Source of the DNA: Candidatus Woesearchaeota archaeon B3_Woes
Lineage (GTDB): Archaea; Nanobdellota; Nanobdellia; Woesearchaeales; B3-WOES
Reading direction: 5' to 3'
Length of the DNA: 50,472 nt
NCBI GenBank assembly: GCA_005222965.1
Contig: NJBG01000001.1
Location: 499,061 to 549,532 of the forward strand
The position numbers were made by a program, and so were the translations under genes. The number at the start of each line of letters is the position of its first letter. Positions within the stretch are counted from its first letter, which is position 1. Below the pieces are notes generated by a model that saw nothing but the letters and a program-made list of their open reading frames with translations, was not told where the DNA came from and made no database searches. Below are positions 1-8,367 of the stretch, in pieces.

Positions 1-37
1 TTTATTGAAGAACTTAAATCTAAATATAAATTTATGT

Positions 38-547
38 TTAGTTAGGTGTTTTTAATTCTTTTTCAATTGCCCCTATTTCTTTCTGAATTTCCAATATAAT
101 CTTTGTGTTATCCTCTTGATCTAATACAGTACCACACTCAGGGCATTTAAAATTAAAATTTGTAGCATGATCAAAATTAAGTCTTATACATCGGTTTTTA
201 CAACCAAAAAAATGAGATCCTTTCTCTCTTTCAACCCTTTCTTTTAATTTTTCTAACTTCTTCTTCTTCAAATCCATCACTAAATATTTTACCCTTTTTT
301 GATTAAATGTCCAATAATAAATATACCACCCTTTTTGCTTGTCTTTTTTCCTCATAAAAGACACTAAATTATTCTCATACAACCTATATAATATGTTTCT
401 GGTAGCATTTACCTCTTTCTTAATAACATCAGCTATCTTAAATTCCGAAACATTCTTATTCTTCTTTAGAAATTTAACTAAGGGAAGCGCATCTTCTCCT
501 ACAACTTCCTTAACTACAACATCTATAACATTATTTGAGAGCCTCAT
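38..547 (-). CDS. tfe: Transcription initiation factor E (TFE/TFIIE-alpha)
   Basis: N-terminal wHTH with RNILYRLYENNLV and GWYIYYW motifs; Zn ribbon C-x3-C...FKCPECG. Confidence 0.93.
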   Translation of the reverse strand: MRLSNNVIDVVVKEVVGEDALPLVKFLKKNKNVSEFKIADVIKKEVNATRNILYRLYENNLVSFMRKKDKQKGWYIYYWTFNQKRVKYLVMDLKKKKLEKLKERVEREKGSHFFGCKNRCIRLNFDHATNFNFKCPECGTVLDQEDNTKIILEIQKEIGAIEKELKTPN

Positions 548-680
548 TTCTACTCCTAAAGTTACTAAGTCTATCCTTAATACCCCCTTTCAAAAACCAA
601 GCATCTTGATTCTTGCGTAAAACCAGAAATTTAACTTATCTCTGACCCTTCTTATGAGGGAATGCCCTTTATAAATCTTT
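548..680 (-). promoter_or_regulatory. TATA box and ~95-nt structured 5' leader of tfe
   Basis: TTTATAAA at 668-675 with purine-rich BRE-like upstream sequence; minus-strand hairpins 624-644 and 592-614 containing G.U pairs; GGAG SD before the ATG. Confidence 0.55.
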
Positions 681-735
681 CGTTTTTTCTGCACATAATT
701 AATGTTTAACTCATTCACCACTAAAGAATAAGAAA

Positions 736-1119
736 TTAGATAAAACTCTCAAACAAAACACCAGATTTCTTAGCCAAATCTAAATCAATCATAAAAGATT
801 TGCCCTTCTCTTTTAATCTATCAATATTCAAAAAAAACCACCCCCTTCCTTTGAATTTAACAGCAACATAAGGCTCTGCATTAAAAAACTTTGAAAATTC
901 TTTTAAATCATGGATCTCCTTCTTTTCAAAATATTTATATATATTTTGAGTAACCTTGCACTCTATTGCAATTACCCTCCCTTTTTTGGCTACAAGGATA
1001 TCTGGAGAAGGATATTTCATAGAACCAGATCCTGCAGATCTTATAGCACCAAAACCATTAGCCCAGAATTTATGAACAAGCTCCCTTTCAGCATTGCTCC
1101 CTTTTGTTTTTTGAGACAT
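736..1119 (-). CDS. hjc: Archaeal Holliday junction resolvase Hjc
   Basis: KGSNAEREL, RSAGSG, PDIL, IECK: PD-(D/E)XK motifs typical of Hjc. Confidence 0.95.
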   Translation of the reverse strand: MSQKTKGSNAERELVHKFWANGFGAIRSAGSGSMKYPSPDILVAKKGRVIAIECKVTQNIYKYFEKKEIHDLKEFSKFFNAEPYVAVKFKGRGWFFLNIDRLKEKGKSFMIDLDLAKKSGVLFESFI

Positions 1120-2015
1120 TATATTTTAACCTTCATAAAATCATAAGAACACTTCACATCTTCAAAAATATCTTTTGCATCATTCTCAACTTCTTTTGCA
1201 TCTTTATATCTTGCACTTATATGAGTTAAAATAAGTTGTTTTACATCAGATTTGTTTGCTATACTTGCTGCCTGTTTAGCAGTCATATGGAAATATTCTT
1301 CACTTTTTTCTTCTAAATCAGAACAATACGTAGATTCACAAATCAATAAATCAGCACCTTTAGCCAAAGTATAGGCATTTTTACAAACTAAAGTATCCGA
1401 AACAAAACTTACTTTCCCCCCTTTAACAACATAACTAACGTCATCTGGTTTTATCTTTTTCCCATTAAATGTAATTGTTTTCCCGCTTTGTAATTTACCA
1501 AGCAAAGGGCCTTCTTTTAACCCTATTTTCTTTGCTTTTTTTAGATTTATTCTTCTCCTATCTTTTTCAATAAAATTATAACCCAAACAAGGTACACTAT
1601 GTTCTAAAGGTAAAACTTCTAAAACAAAATCATTATTCTCAAAAAACCTCCCTTTATTTATCTCTTTTATTTCCAAATTAATTTTGTTCTGATCAAACTC
1701 AAAAGCCTTAAACATATGTTTAAATTTCTCTTTTGTTCCTTTTGGTCCATAAATCTCTAAAACCCCTTCATAATCACTTGTTGCTAAGGTCTGTATTAAA
1801 CCAGGCAACCCCAAAACATGATCACCATGCCAATGACTAATCAAAATTTTATTTATTTTAGAAATACCCACCCCAGCGAATTTTAATTGTCTTTGCGTCC
1901 CTTCACCACAATCAACAAGAATATTATTACCTTTAAAACTAATCAAAACAGAACTATGGTTCCTTTCCTTGGTTGGTACCATACTCGATGTACCTAAAAA
2001 TACTAATTCTATCAT
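1119..2015 (-). CDS. rnz: Ribonuclease Z (tRNA 3' processing)
   Basis: FLGTSS, DCGEGTQRQ, HWHGDH metallo-beta-lactamase motif, GP-rich exosite, HMT and THIS motifs; start taken at ATG 2015. Confidence 0.95.
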   Translation of the reverse strand: MIELVFLGTSSMVPTKERNHSSVLISFKGNNILVDCGEGTQRQLKFAGVGISKINKILISHWHGDHVLGLPGLIQTLATSDYEGVLEIYGPKGTKEKFKHMFKAFEFDQNKINLEIKEINKGRFFENNDFVLEVLPLEHSVPCLGYNFIEKDRRRINLKKAKKIGLKEGPLLGKLQSGKTITFNGKKIKPDDVSYVVKGGKVSFVSDTLVCKNAYTLAKGADLLICESTYCSDLEEKSEEYFHMTAKQAASIANKSDVKQLILTHISARYKDAKEVENDAKDIFEDVKCSYDFMKVKI

Positions 2016-2056
2016 AGTTTTAATTAATAACACAAGGTATTTAAATTTTTGTCTAA

Positions 2057-3169
2057 TTAACCATCAAGAAAACAAACTTCATCACTAATAGCAGTTATAT
2101 TATTAGATTTACAAAAATCCAATGTTTTTTGCAACATCTCTCTTTTAACTCTATTATCTATCCTCCCTTCTAATTTATATGCCGCGGTGCCTTCTCTAAG
2201 AGTATAAACATATACAATAACCATATCAAACCCTATTTGTTTAATCACATTTAATGTATCTTCTAAATCTTCCTCTGTTTCCGAAGGAAACCCAACCAAG
2301 ACATGCGTTGAAAGATATAAATTAGAATTGGCTTTTTTCAATTCTAATAAGGTTTTTACAATATCTTCACTTTTATCATAACGATTCATTAACTTTAATA
2401 TCCTATCACTTCCAGACTGAATAGTGCATCCTAGACATTTTATCTTCCCTTTTTTAACCCATTTAATAAGATCAGATTTATATTCAATAACCCATTTAGG
2501 ATGTATTTCGTGAATATTCCAATAAACCTTTTGTTTGCCTTCAACACCTTCCATTTTTTCTAATAATACCTGAAGAGAACTTTTTATATCCACCCCATAA
2601 GAACCTACATTTTCTGCACATATATTAAATTCTTTATAACCTCTCTCCAAAAGCATTCTATATTCTTCTAAACAAACACCCAAAGGTTTACTCTTTAATG
2701 TCCCTGTTGCCTTAGGTATAGCGCAATAAGAACAATTAGATATACACCCCCACCCAATACGCAAAAGACAATCTTTATTTTCTTCCTGAGATAAACCAAA
2801 CTCTTTATTGCCGTCTGGTAATTCAGAAAATTTAATTTTAAAATCCTTAAAAAAAATATCAATTTCCTCCAATTTCTGAGGAATAATATATTTTCCATTA
2901 AATTTTTCCCTAAACTTTGTAGGGGATATTGCTGGCAAACATCCCAAAATAACCAATTCACCCCCATAATTCTGCAATTGTTTAATCAACTTAAAACATT
3001 CATCTTCTTTAGATTGTTTATATGCACAAGTAAGCAAAATTATATAATCAGCTTCTTGCGCTTTTTTTACAATATTACATTTATTTAATCTGAAATAATT
3101 AACCAATTTTGTAGCATCAAGAGATCTTCTCCTACAACACCCAACAATCTGGACAAATACCTTTTTCAT
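2057..3169 (-). CDS. Methylthiotransferase-like radical SAM protein (MiaB/MtaB/RimO-like) without TRAM domain
   Basis: N-terminal UPF0004-type Cys residues (GC, TC, GC), CxxxCxxC (CISNCSYC), QSGSDRILKLMNR, VGFPSETEED; protein ends right after the radical SAM core. Confidence 0.85.
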   Translation of the reverse strand: MKKVFVQIVGCCRRRSLDATKLVNYFRLNKCNIVKKAQEADYIILLTCAYKQSKEDECFKLIKQLQNYGGELVILGCLPAISPTKFREKFNGKYIIPQKLEEIDIFFKDFKIKFSELPDGNKEFGLSQEENKDCLLRIGWGCISNCSYCAIPKATGTLKSKPLGVCLEEYRMLLERGYKEFNICAENVGSYGVDIKSSLQVLLEKMEGVEGKQKVYWNIHEIHPKWVIEYKSDLIKWVKKGKIKCLGCTIQSGSDRILKLMNRYDKSEDIVKTLLELKKANSNLYLSTHVLVGFPSETEEDLEDTLNVIKQIGFDMVIVYVYTLREGTAAYKLEGRIDNRVKREMLQKTLDFCKSNNITAISDEVCFLDG

Positions 3170-3248
3170 AAGTTTAATAAAACAACCACAACTTAATAAA
3201 TTTTATTAAAAAGAAAACTTTTTAAGCTTGAACTATTTGATATAGACT

Positions 3249-3833
3249 ATGACAACAAAAAAAAAGAAAACAACAAAAAAACAAGAAACAAACACAATTA
3301 AACCAAAAGAACCCATAAAAGCAGTTCTATCCGGAGAAAGAGTTACAACGGAAAATTCTGATCAATCTCGTGAATTATATAATCAAAGCAGATATGGAAT
3401 ACTTCTTAATAACGGGAGGGTCCAATTATCATTAATAGAATCAGCATACCTTCTAGAGAAAGGAGTATTAGAAACAGTATCTGCCTCAAACAGAAAAATA
3501 GATTTTGAAAAATTTATAAAAAAAGCAATCAAATTAGAACCAAACTTTTGGACAAGATATTGTGTCTTTAAAGATATAAGAAATAGGGGATATATTATAA
3601 AAACCGCGTTAAAATTTGGTGCAGATTTCAGAGTTTATGATAGGGGAGTTAAACCAGGAGAAGATCATGCAAAATGGATAGTCTATCCTGTACAAGAAGC
3701 ATCTGCTTTAACATGGTATGAATTTTCTGCAAAAAACAGAGTAGCACATTCAACAAAAAAGAAACTTTTAATGGCTGTTTTGGACGCAGAAAACGATGTA
3801 ACATATTGGGAAATAAAGTGGACAAGACCGTAG
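3249..3833 (+). CDS. endA: tRNA-splicing endonuclease (single-unit type)
   Basis: LSLIESAYL, KFGADFRVY, EDHAKW, RVAHSTKKK containing the catalytic Tyr/His/Lys. Confidence 0.95.
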   Translation: MTTKKKKTTKKQETNTIKPKEPIKAVLSGERVTTENSDQSRELYNQSRYGILLNNGRVQLSLIESAYLLEKGVLETVSASNRKIDFEKFIKKAIKLEPNFWTRYCVFKDIRNRGYIIKTALKFGADFRVYDRGVKPGEDHAKWIVYPVQEASALTWYEFSAKNRVAHSTKKKLLMAVLDAENDVTYWEIKWTRP

Positions 3834-3884
3834 TAACATTTCTCTATAATAAACTATATAAACCACAATATTTTCTTTATTAAC

Positions 3885-4730
3885 ATGCAAAATGATAAAG
3901 ACAAAATCATTGATTTAATCAGACAAAAAGGCCCTTGTTTGCCTTCTGATATCTATAGAGACTTAAACACAAACATGTTGTTTGCTTCTGCCATGCTTGG
4001 GGAATTAGTATCTAATAATATATTAAAAGTGACATACTTAAAAAGAGCATCCTCTCCTTATTATTACCTTGAAGAACAAAAAGAAAAACTACAAAACATA
4101 TCCAATTTCCTAAACGAAAAAGACAAAGCATCATACGATTTAATCAAAGAAAAAAAAATTCTAAAAGACACAGAACAATCCCCTTTAACACAAGTGGCCT
4201 TAAGAGCAATCAAAGATTATGCTGTCCCTTTACAGATTAATCACCAAAATCAACAAATTCTATTTTGGAAGTGGTATATGTTATCCAACCAAGAGGCAGA
4301 GGAACAAATAAAATTAAAAATAGGCATTAAAAAACAAGAATCAAAGAAAAAAGAAATAAAAAAACCAACACAAATTAAAGAAACAAAACCAAAACAACAA
4401 ATACATTCAACATCACAAACTTCTTTTTTAGAACAAACCGTCAGATATTTTAAAAAAAACAATATCACAATTATCAACCAAGAAATGAAGAACACCAAAA
4501 AAACAGAAATTGATTTTGTAATTGAATTACCATCTGCTGTGGGCACATTACAATACTATTGCAAAGCCAAAAACAAGAAAAAGATAAATGATGCAGACAT
4601 TGCTTCCGCATTTGTCCAAGGCCAACAAAAAAAACTACCAGTTATCTTGTTAATAACAGGAGAAATGACAAAAAAATCAAAAGAAATGTTAAACAAAGAG
4701 TTTAAAGGACTTAAAATACACCAAATATAA
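3885..4730 (+). CDS. Hypothetical protein: N-terminal wHTH-like, C-terminal PD-(D/E)XK/Mrr-like fold
   Basis: KGPCLPSDIYRDL...SAMLGELV (wHTH-like); EIDFVI...YYCKAKNKKKIND...ILLITGEMT (restriction-endonuclease-like); Lys/Glu/Gln linker. Confidence 0.55.
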   Translation: MQNDKDKIIDLIRQKGPCLPSDIYRDLNTNMLFASAMLGELVSNNILKVTYLKRASSPYYYLEEQKEKLQNISNFLNEKDKASYDLIKEKKILKDTEQSPLTQVALRAIKDYAVPLQINHQNQQILFWKWYMLSNQEAEEQIKLKIGIKKQESKKKEIKKPTQIKETKPKQQIHSTSQTSFLEQTVRYFKKNNITIINQEMKNTKKTEIDFVIELPSAVGTLQYYCKAKNKKKINDADIASAFVQGQQKKLPVILLITGEMTKKSKEMLNKEFKGLKIHQI

Positions 4731-4731
4731 G

Positions 4732-5757
4732 ATGGGAATAGCATTTAAGGACATCATTCTAGGAAAAGAGATAGACATTAAAACCTTAAAAGGAAAAACC
4801 CTGATCATAGATACATTTAATCTATTATACCAATTTCTCAGTAGCATAAGATCAAGAGATGGGTCTTTGCTTACAGATTCTCAGGGAAACGTCACAAGCC
4901 ACCTAATTGGATTATTTTCTAGAATAACAAATTTACTCCAATATGATTTAAAATTAGTATTTGTTTTTGATGGAGAACCCCCTTCTTTAAAACAAAAAGA
5001 AAGAGAAAGAAGAAAACAATCCAAAATACAAGCCCAAAAAAAATACGAAACAGCAAAAGCAAAAGAAGACATAGAATCAATGAAAAAATATGCATCAAGA
5101 ACAACAGCACTTTCACAAGAAATGATAGAAGACGCCAAAAAATTAATACAATATTTAGGATTGCCAATAGTACAGGCCCCATCAGAAGGAGAAGCCCAGG
5201 CAGTTTATATTGCTAAAAAAGAAAACTGTTTTGTAGTAAGTCAAGATTATGATTCCTTGCTGTACGGCATACCCCAACTTATAAGAAATTTATCAATACT
5301 AGGCAAAAGAAAACAAACAAATAAACTAAGTTATACAACTGTTAAACCAGAGATAATTGACTTAGCAGATGTTCTTAATAATTTAACAATAGATTTAGAC
5401 CAGCTAATAGCAATGGCCATGTTAATAGGCACAGACTATAATCCTGGCGGGATTAAAGGGATTGGCCCTAAAAATGCATTAACCTTAGTCAAAAAATACA
5501 AAAAAGATTTTGATAGTTTATTTAAAGAAGTGAAATGGAACGAGTTTTTTGATTTTGAATGGAAAGAAGTATATGATTTATTTAAAAAAATGCCGGTTAC
5601 AGATGATTATGAACTAAAATGGAAAAGTATTAATACAAAAGAAATAAAAGAATTTTTATTAAAGCACGATTTTTCAGAGGAAAGAATAAATTCAACCTTA
5701 GAAAAACTTGAAAAAAAAGAAAATTCAAAAAAACAAAAATCACTTTTTGAATTTTAA
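4732..5757 (+). CDS. fen: Flap endonuclease 1
   Basis: LYQFLSSIR, VFDG, APSEGEAQ, SQDYDSLL, GTDYNPGGIKGIGPK; C-terminal PIP box QKSLFEF. Confidence 0.97.
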   Translation: MGIAFKDIILGKEIDIKTLKGKTLIIDTFNLLYQFLSSIRSRDGSLLTDSQGNVTSHLIGLFSRITNLLQYDLKLVFVFDGEPPSLKQKERERRKQSKIQAQKKYETAKAKEDIESMKKYASRTTALSQEMIEDAKKLIQYLGLPIVQAPSEGEAQAVYIAKKENCFVVSQDYDSLLYGIPQLIRNLSILGKRKQTNKLSYTTVKPEIIDLADVLNNLTIDLDQLIAMAMLIGTDYNPGGIKGIGPKNALTLVKKYKKDFDSLFKEVKWNEFFDFEWKEVYDLFKKMPVTDDYELKWKSINTKEIKEFLLKHDFSEERINSTLEKLEKKENSKKQKSLFEF

Positions 5758-5776
5758 GACAAAAGAGGAATAAAAA

Positions 5777-6643
5777 ATGTTACCTTGGTGGGTTTTTGCC
5801 TTCGCATCTGCAATATTTGCTACGTTTTTTACAATATTTAGAAAAAAAGGAACACGCAAAGAAAACGCACTAGAATTTGAACTCACAAGAACAACCTTTA
5901 ACGCACTTTTTGGGCTGCTGCTTCTGCCTTTTCTGACATTTAAATATACACTTACTTCAATTCTAATAATCTATTTTACATCTATTCTTGCTTCTATAGG
6001 GATTTTATTGGCATCAAAATCTTTAAGACATTCAGAAATATCACAAGTTATCCCATTACATAATCTGACCCCTGGTTTTTTGGCTGTTTTGGCTTTCTTA
6101 TTTTTAGGAGAAACATTAACTAGAAACCAAATAATTGGATTGGTTTTTTTAATAATTGGAGCATATGTATTAGAAACAGAACACCATAATCCTCTCAAAT
6201 CTTTTTTAAAACATCTAAAATCTAGATACGTAGATTACGCAATTATCTCAGCTTTTATATTTAGTATTACAGCACTACTAGATAAATATATTATTAATCT
6301 TTATACAACCCCTTTTGATTTTTTATTTTTAATCTGGATTTTTATAGCAATTAATTTTATGATAATCTCCTTTATATCACACAATGGAATAAAATCAATA
6401 AAAAATTGCATAAAAACAACAAAACACAACGTTGTTTTGACAGCTTTCTTTAGTTTCTTAGCAAACGCTTCTTATTTATATGCACTGTCTCTCACTTATG
6501 TCTCTTTAGTAATGCCAATAAGCAAATTATCTATTTTGATGAGTACACTAATCGGAGGAGAAATTTTTCATGAAAAAGGAATTTTAAAAGGAGCAATTTC
6601 TTCAGTTATTATGATTATAGGAACCCTCCTTATAATTATTTAA
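5777..6643 (+). CDS. EamA/DMT family transporter
   Basis: About 10 hydrophobic segments in two repeats with LFLGE and IFHEK motifs. Confidence 0.85.
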   Translation: MLPWWVFAFASAIFATFFTIFRKKGTRKENALEFELTRTTFNALFGLLLLPFLTFKYTLTSILIIYFTSILASIGILLASKSLRHSEISQVIPLHNLTPGFLAVLAFLFLGETLTRNQIIGLVFLIIGAYVLETEHHNPLKSFLKHLKSRYVDYAIISAFIFSITALLDKYIINLYTTPFDFLFLIWIFIAINFMIISFISHNGIKSIKNCIKTTKHNVVLTAFFSFLANASYLYALSLTYVSLVMPISKLSILMSTLIGGEIFHEKGILKGAISSVIMIIGTLLIII

Positions 6644-6654
6644 GTTAATCTAAA

Positions 6655-8256
6655 ATGCCCACACTAAAACAAACACTAAAAGGAAAATTAACAAGACAAG
6701 AACTGCAGCTAGTCCCCTCATCATTCGATGTAGTTGGTTCTATCCTGATTTTCTCAGAGTTTCCTAAAGAATTAGAAAGAAAAGAAAAAATAATTGCTCA
6801 ATCTTTAATCAAAGAATTAAAAAACGTAAAAACAATTTGTAAAAAAACAAGAAAATACTCTGGTAAACACAGAACACCAAAACTAAAAATTATGGCTGGA
6901 GAAAAAACAAAAGAAACAATACATAAAGAAAACAATATAACACTAAAACTAGATGTTGAAAAGGTTTATTTCTCCTCCCGACTCTCTAACGAAAGATTAA
7001 GAATTTCTAAATTAATAAAACCAAAAGAAAATGTTCTTGTTATGTTTTCGGGTTGTGCACCTTATCCTTGTGTAATAGCTAAAAACACTAAAGCGAACTC
7101 AATCATAGGAATTGAAATAAATCCTGTTGCTCACAAATATGCCCTTGAAAATATCAAACTAAACAAAATAACCAACACAACATTACATAAAGGCGATGTA
7201 AACAACATTTTACCAAAAATAGATTTTGAAGGAATAGCATTAAAATCAAGATGGCATAAAAAATATATTGGACCAAAACTAAAACAAAACCCCCCTTTAA
7301 TAGAATTTTATCTTCCAGAAGGAGATCTTGAATCTGATAAAAAACGAAAACAGATGGACAAAACAATAAAAAAACTTGCAAAAAAACAAATTAAAGTTAT
7401 GATCCATTCACCTCACGTTTATAACAAATCTAGGGAAATGTATTTAGCACAACACCCAGCAAAAATAAAGAACATAATAGAATGCATCAAAAAATTAGAT
7501 TCTGTCCAAAAAAATAATAAAAATGTTGTAGGACACATCTTTCACTCATCAGACGATAGATTAAAAAAAGACCACAAAGAAGAATGGTTGATTAAAAACA
7601 TAAAAACACTAAAAAAACTAGATTTATTAAAATACCTCTATCTTGAAAATGGAACAACAAAACCATTTGGTACAAAAAAAAGCATATTAAATGTTATTAA
7701 AAAAACACAACTAAAAAACATGTGCTTTGATTTTGCCCATTTTATGTATCTAAACAAAAAACTAACACTTGATGATTTCAAACAAATAAATTCTAAAACA
7801 AAACTATATAATCATGCAGTTAATCATAAATACAACAGTGGAGAACACTGTTGCAGATTAAGAGAAGGGGATCTTGATTTTAGAAAATTTGCAAAATACA
7901 TAGATTTCGGTTGTGTAGAAGTATATAGCAAAAGCGAAATAACAGCAAAAGAACAAATCGAAGACTATAAATATTTTTTATCAATAAAACCAACCAAAAA
8001 ATTTGACAGAATTCTAATGCCCCTCCCAAAATCAGCAGAAGATTATCTTGATTTAGCATTAACAAGAACAAAAAAAGGAACAATAATACATTTTTATGAT
8101 TTCCTAAATGAAAAAGAATTTGATTTAGCCAAACAAAAAGTGGAAAAAGCATGCAAAAAGGCAGAAAAGAAATTTAAAGTACTGAACCTTGTTAAATGCG
8201 GCCAATTCGCACCAAAAACATACAGAATCTGTTTAGATTTCAAGATATTATCATAA
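6655..8256 (+). CDS. Trm5/Tyw2-family SAM-dependent tRNA methyltransferase with inserted TIM-barrel domain
   Basis: SFDVVGSI, HKEN, VYFSSRLSNER, MFSGCAPY, GIEINP, GDV, then after a ~258-aa insert FDRILMPLP and IIHFY; insert carries AP-endonuclease-2/xylose-isomerase-like motifs. Confidence 0.85.
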   Translation: MPTLKQTLKGKLTRQELQLVPSSFDVVGSILIFSEFPKELERKEKIIAQSLIKELKNVKTICKKTRKYSGKHRTPKLKIMAGEKTKETIHKENNITLKLDVEKVYFSSRLSNERLRISKLIKPKENVLVMFSGCAPYPCVIAKNTKANSIIGIEINPVAHKYALENIKLNKITNTTLHKGDVNNILPKIDFEGIALKSRWHKKYIGPKLKQNPPLIEFYLPEGDLESDKKRKQMDKTIKKLAKKQIKVMIHSPHVYNKSREMYLAQHPAKIKNIIECIKKLDSVQKNNKNVVGHIFHSSDDRLKKDHKEEWLIKNIKTLKKLDLLKYLYLENGTTKPFGTKKSILNVIKKTQLKNMCFDFAHFMYLNKKLTLDDFKQINSKTKLYNHAVNHKYNSGEHCCRLREGDLDFRKFAKYIDFGCVEVYSKSEITAKEQIEDYKYFLSIKPTKKFDRILMPLPKSAEDYLDLALTRTKKGTIIHFYDFLNEKEFDLAKQKVEKACKKAEKKFKVLNLVKCGQFAPKTYRICLDFKILS

Positions 8257-8367
8257 AATATTTAAAAACAAAAACATTATTCTATTACGCATGCAATGAT
8301 GATGTGAACACCAATAGCAAATTGTGCTATACGGAAGTAACTGCTGAGCATGCTTTTTTTAGAAATC

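Noticed and set aside
607..616. 10-mer TGATTCTTGC shared between the tfe and rpl3 upstream regions
   Set aside because: Opposite orientation and different position relative to the TATA box; a single 10-mer match is compatible with chance.
7222..7995. Insert in the Trm5-like gene as an intein or homing endonuclease
   Set aside because: No Cys/Ser at the start, no His-Asn followed by Cys/Ser/Thr at the end, and no LAGLIDADG motifs; the motifs fit a TIM barrel.
7212..8000. ACCAAAAA at both insert borders as a target-site duplication
   Set aside because: Low-complexity A-rich 8-mer in different reading frames; expected by chance in this genome.
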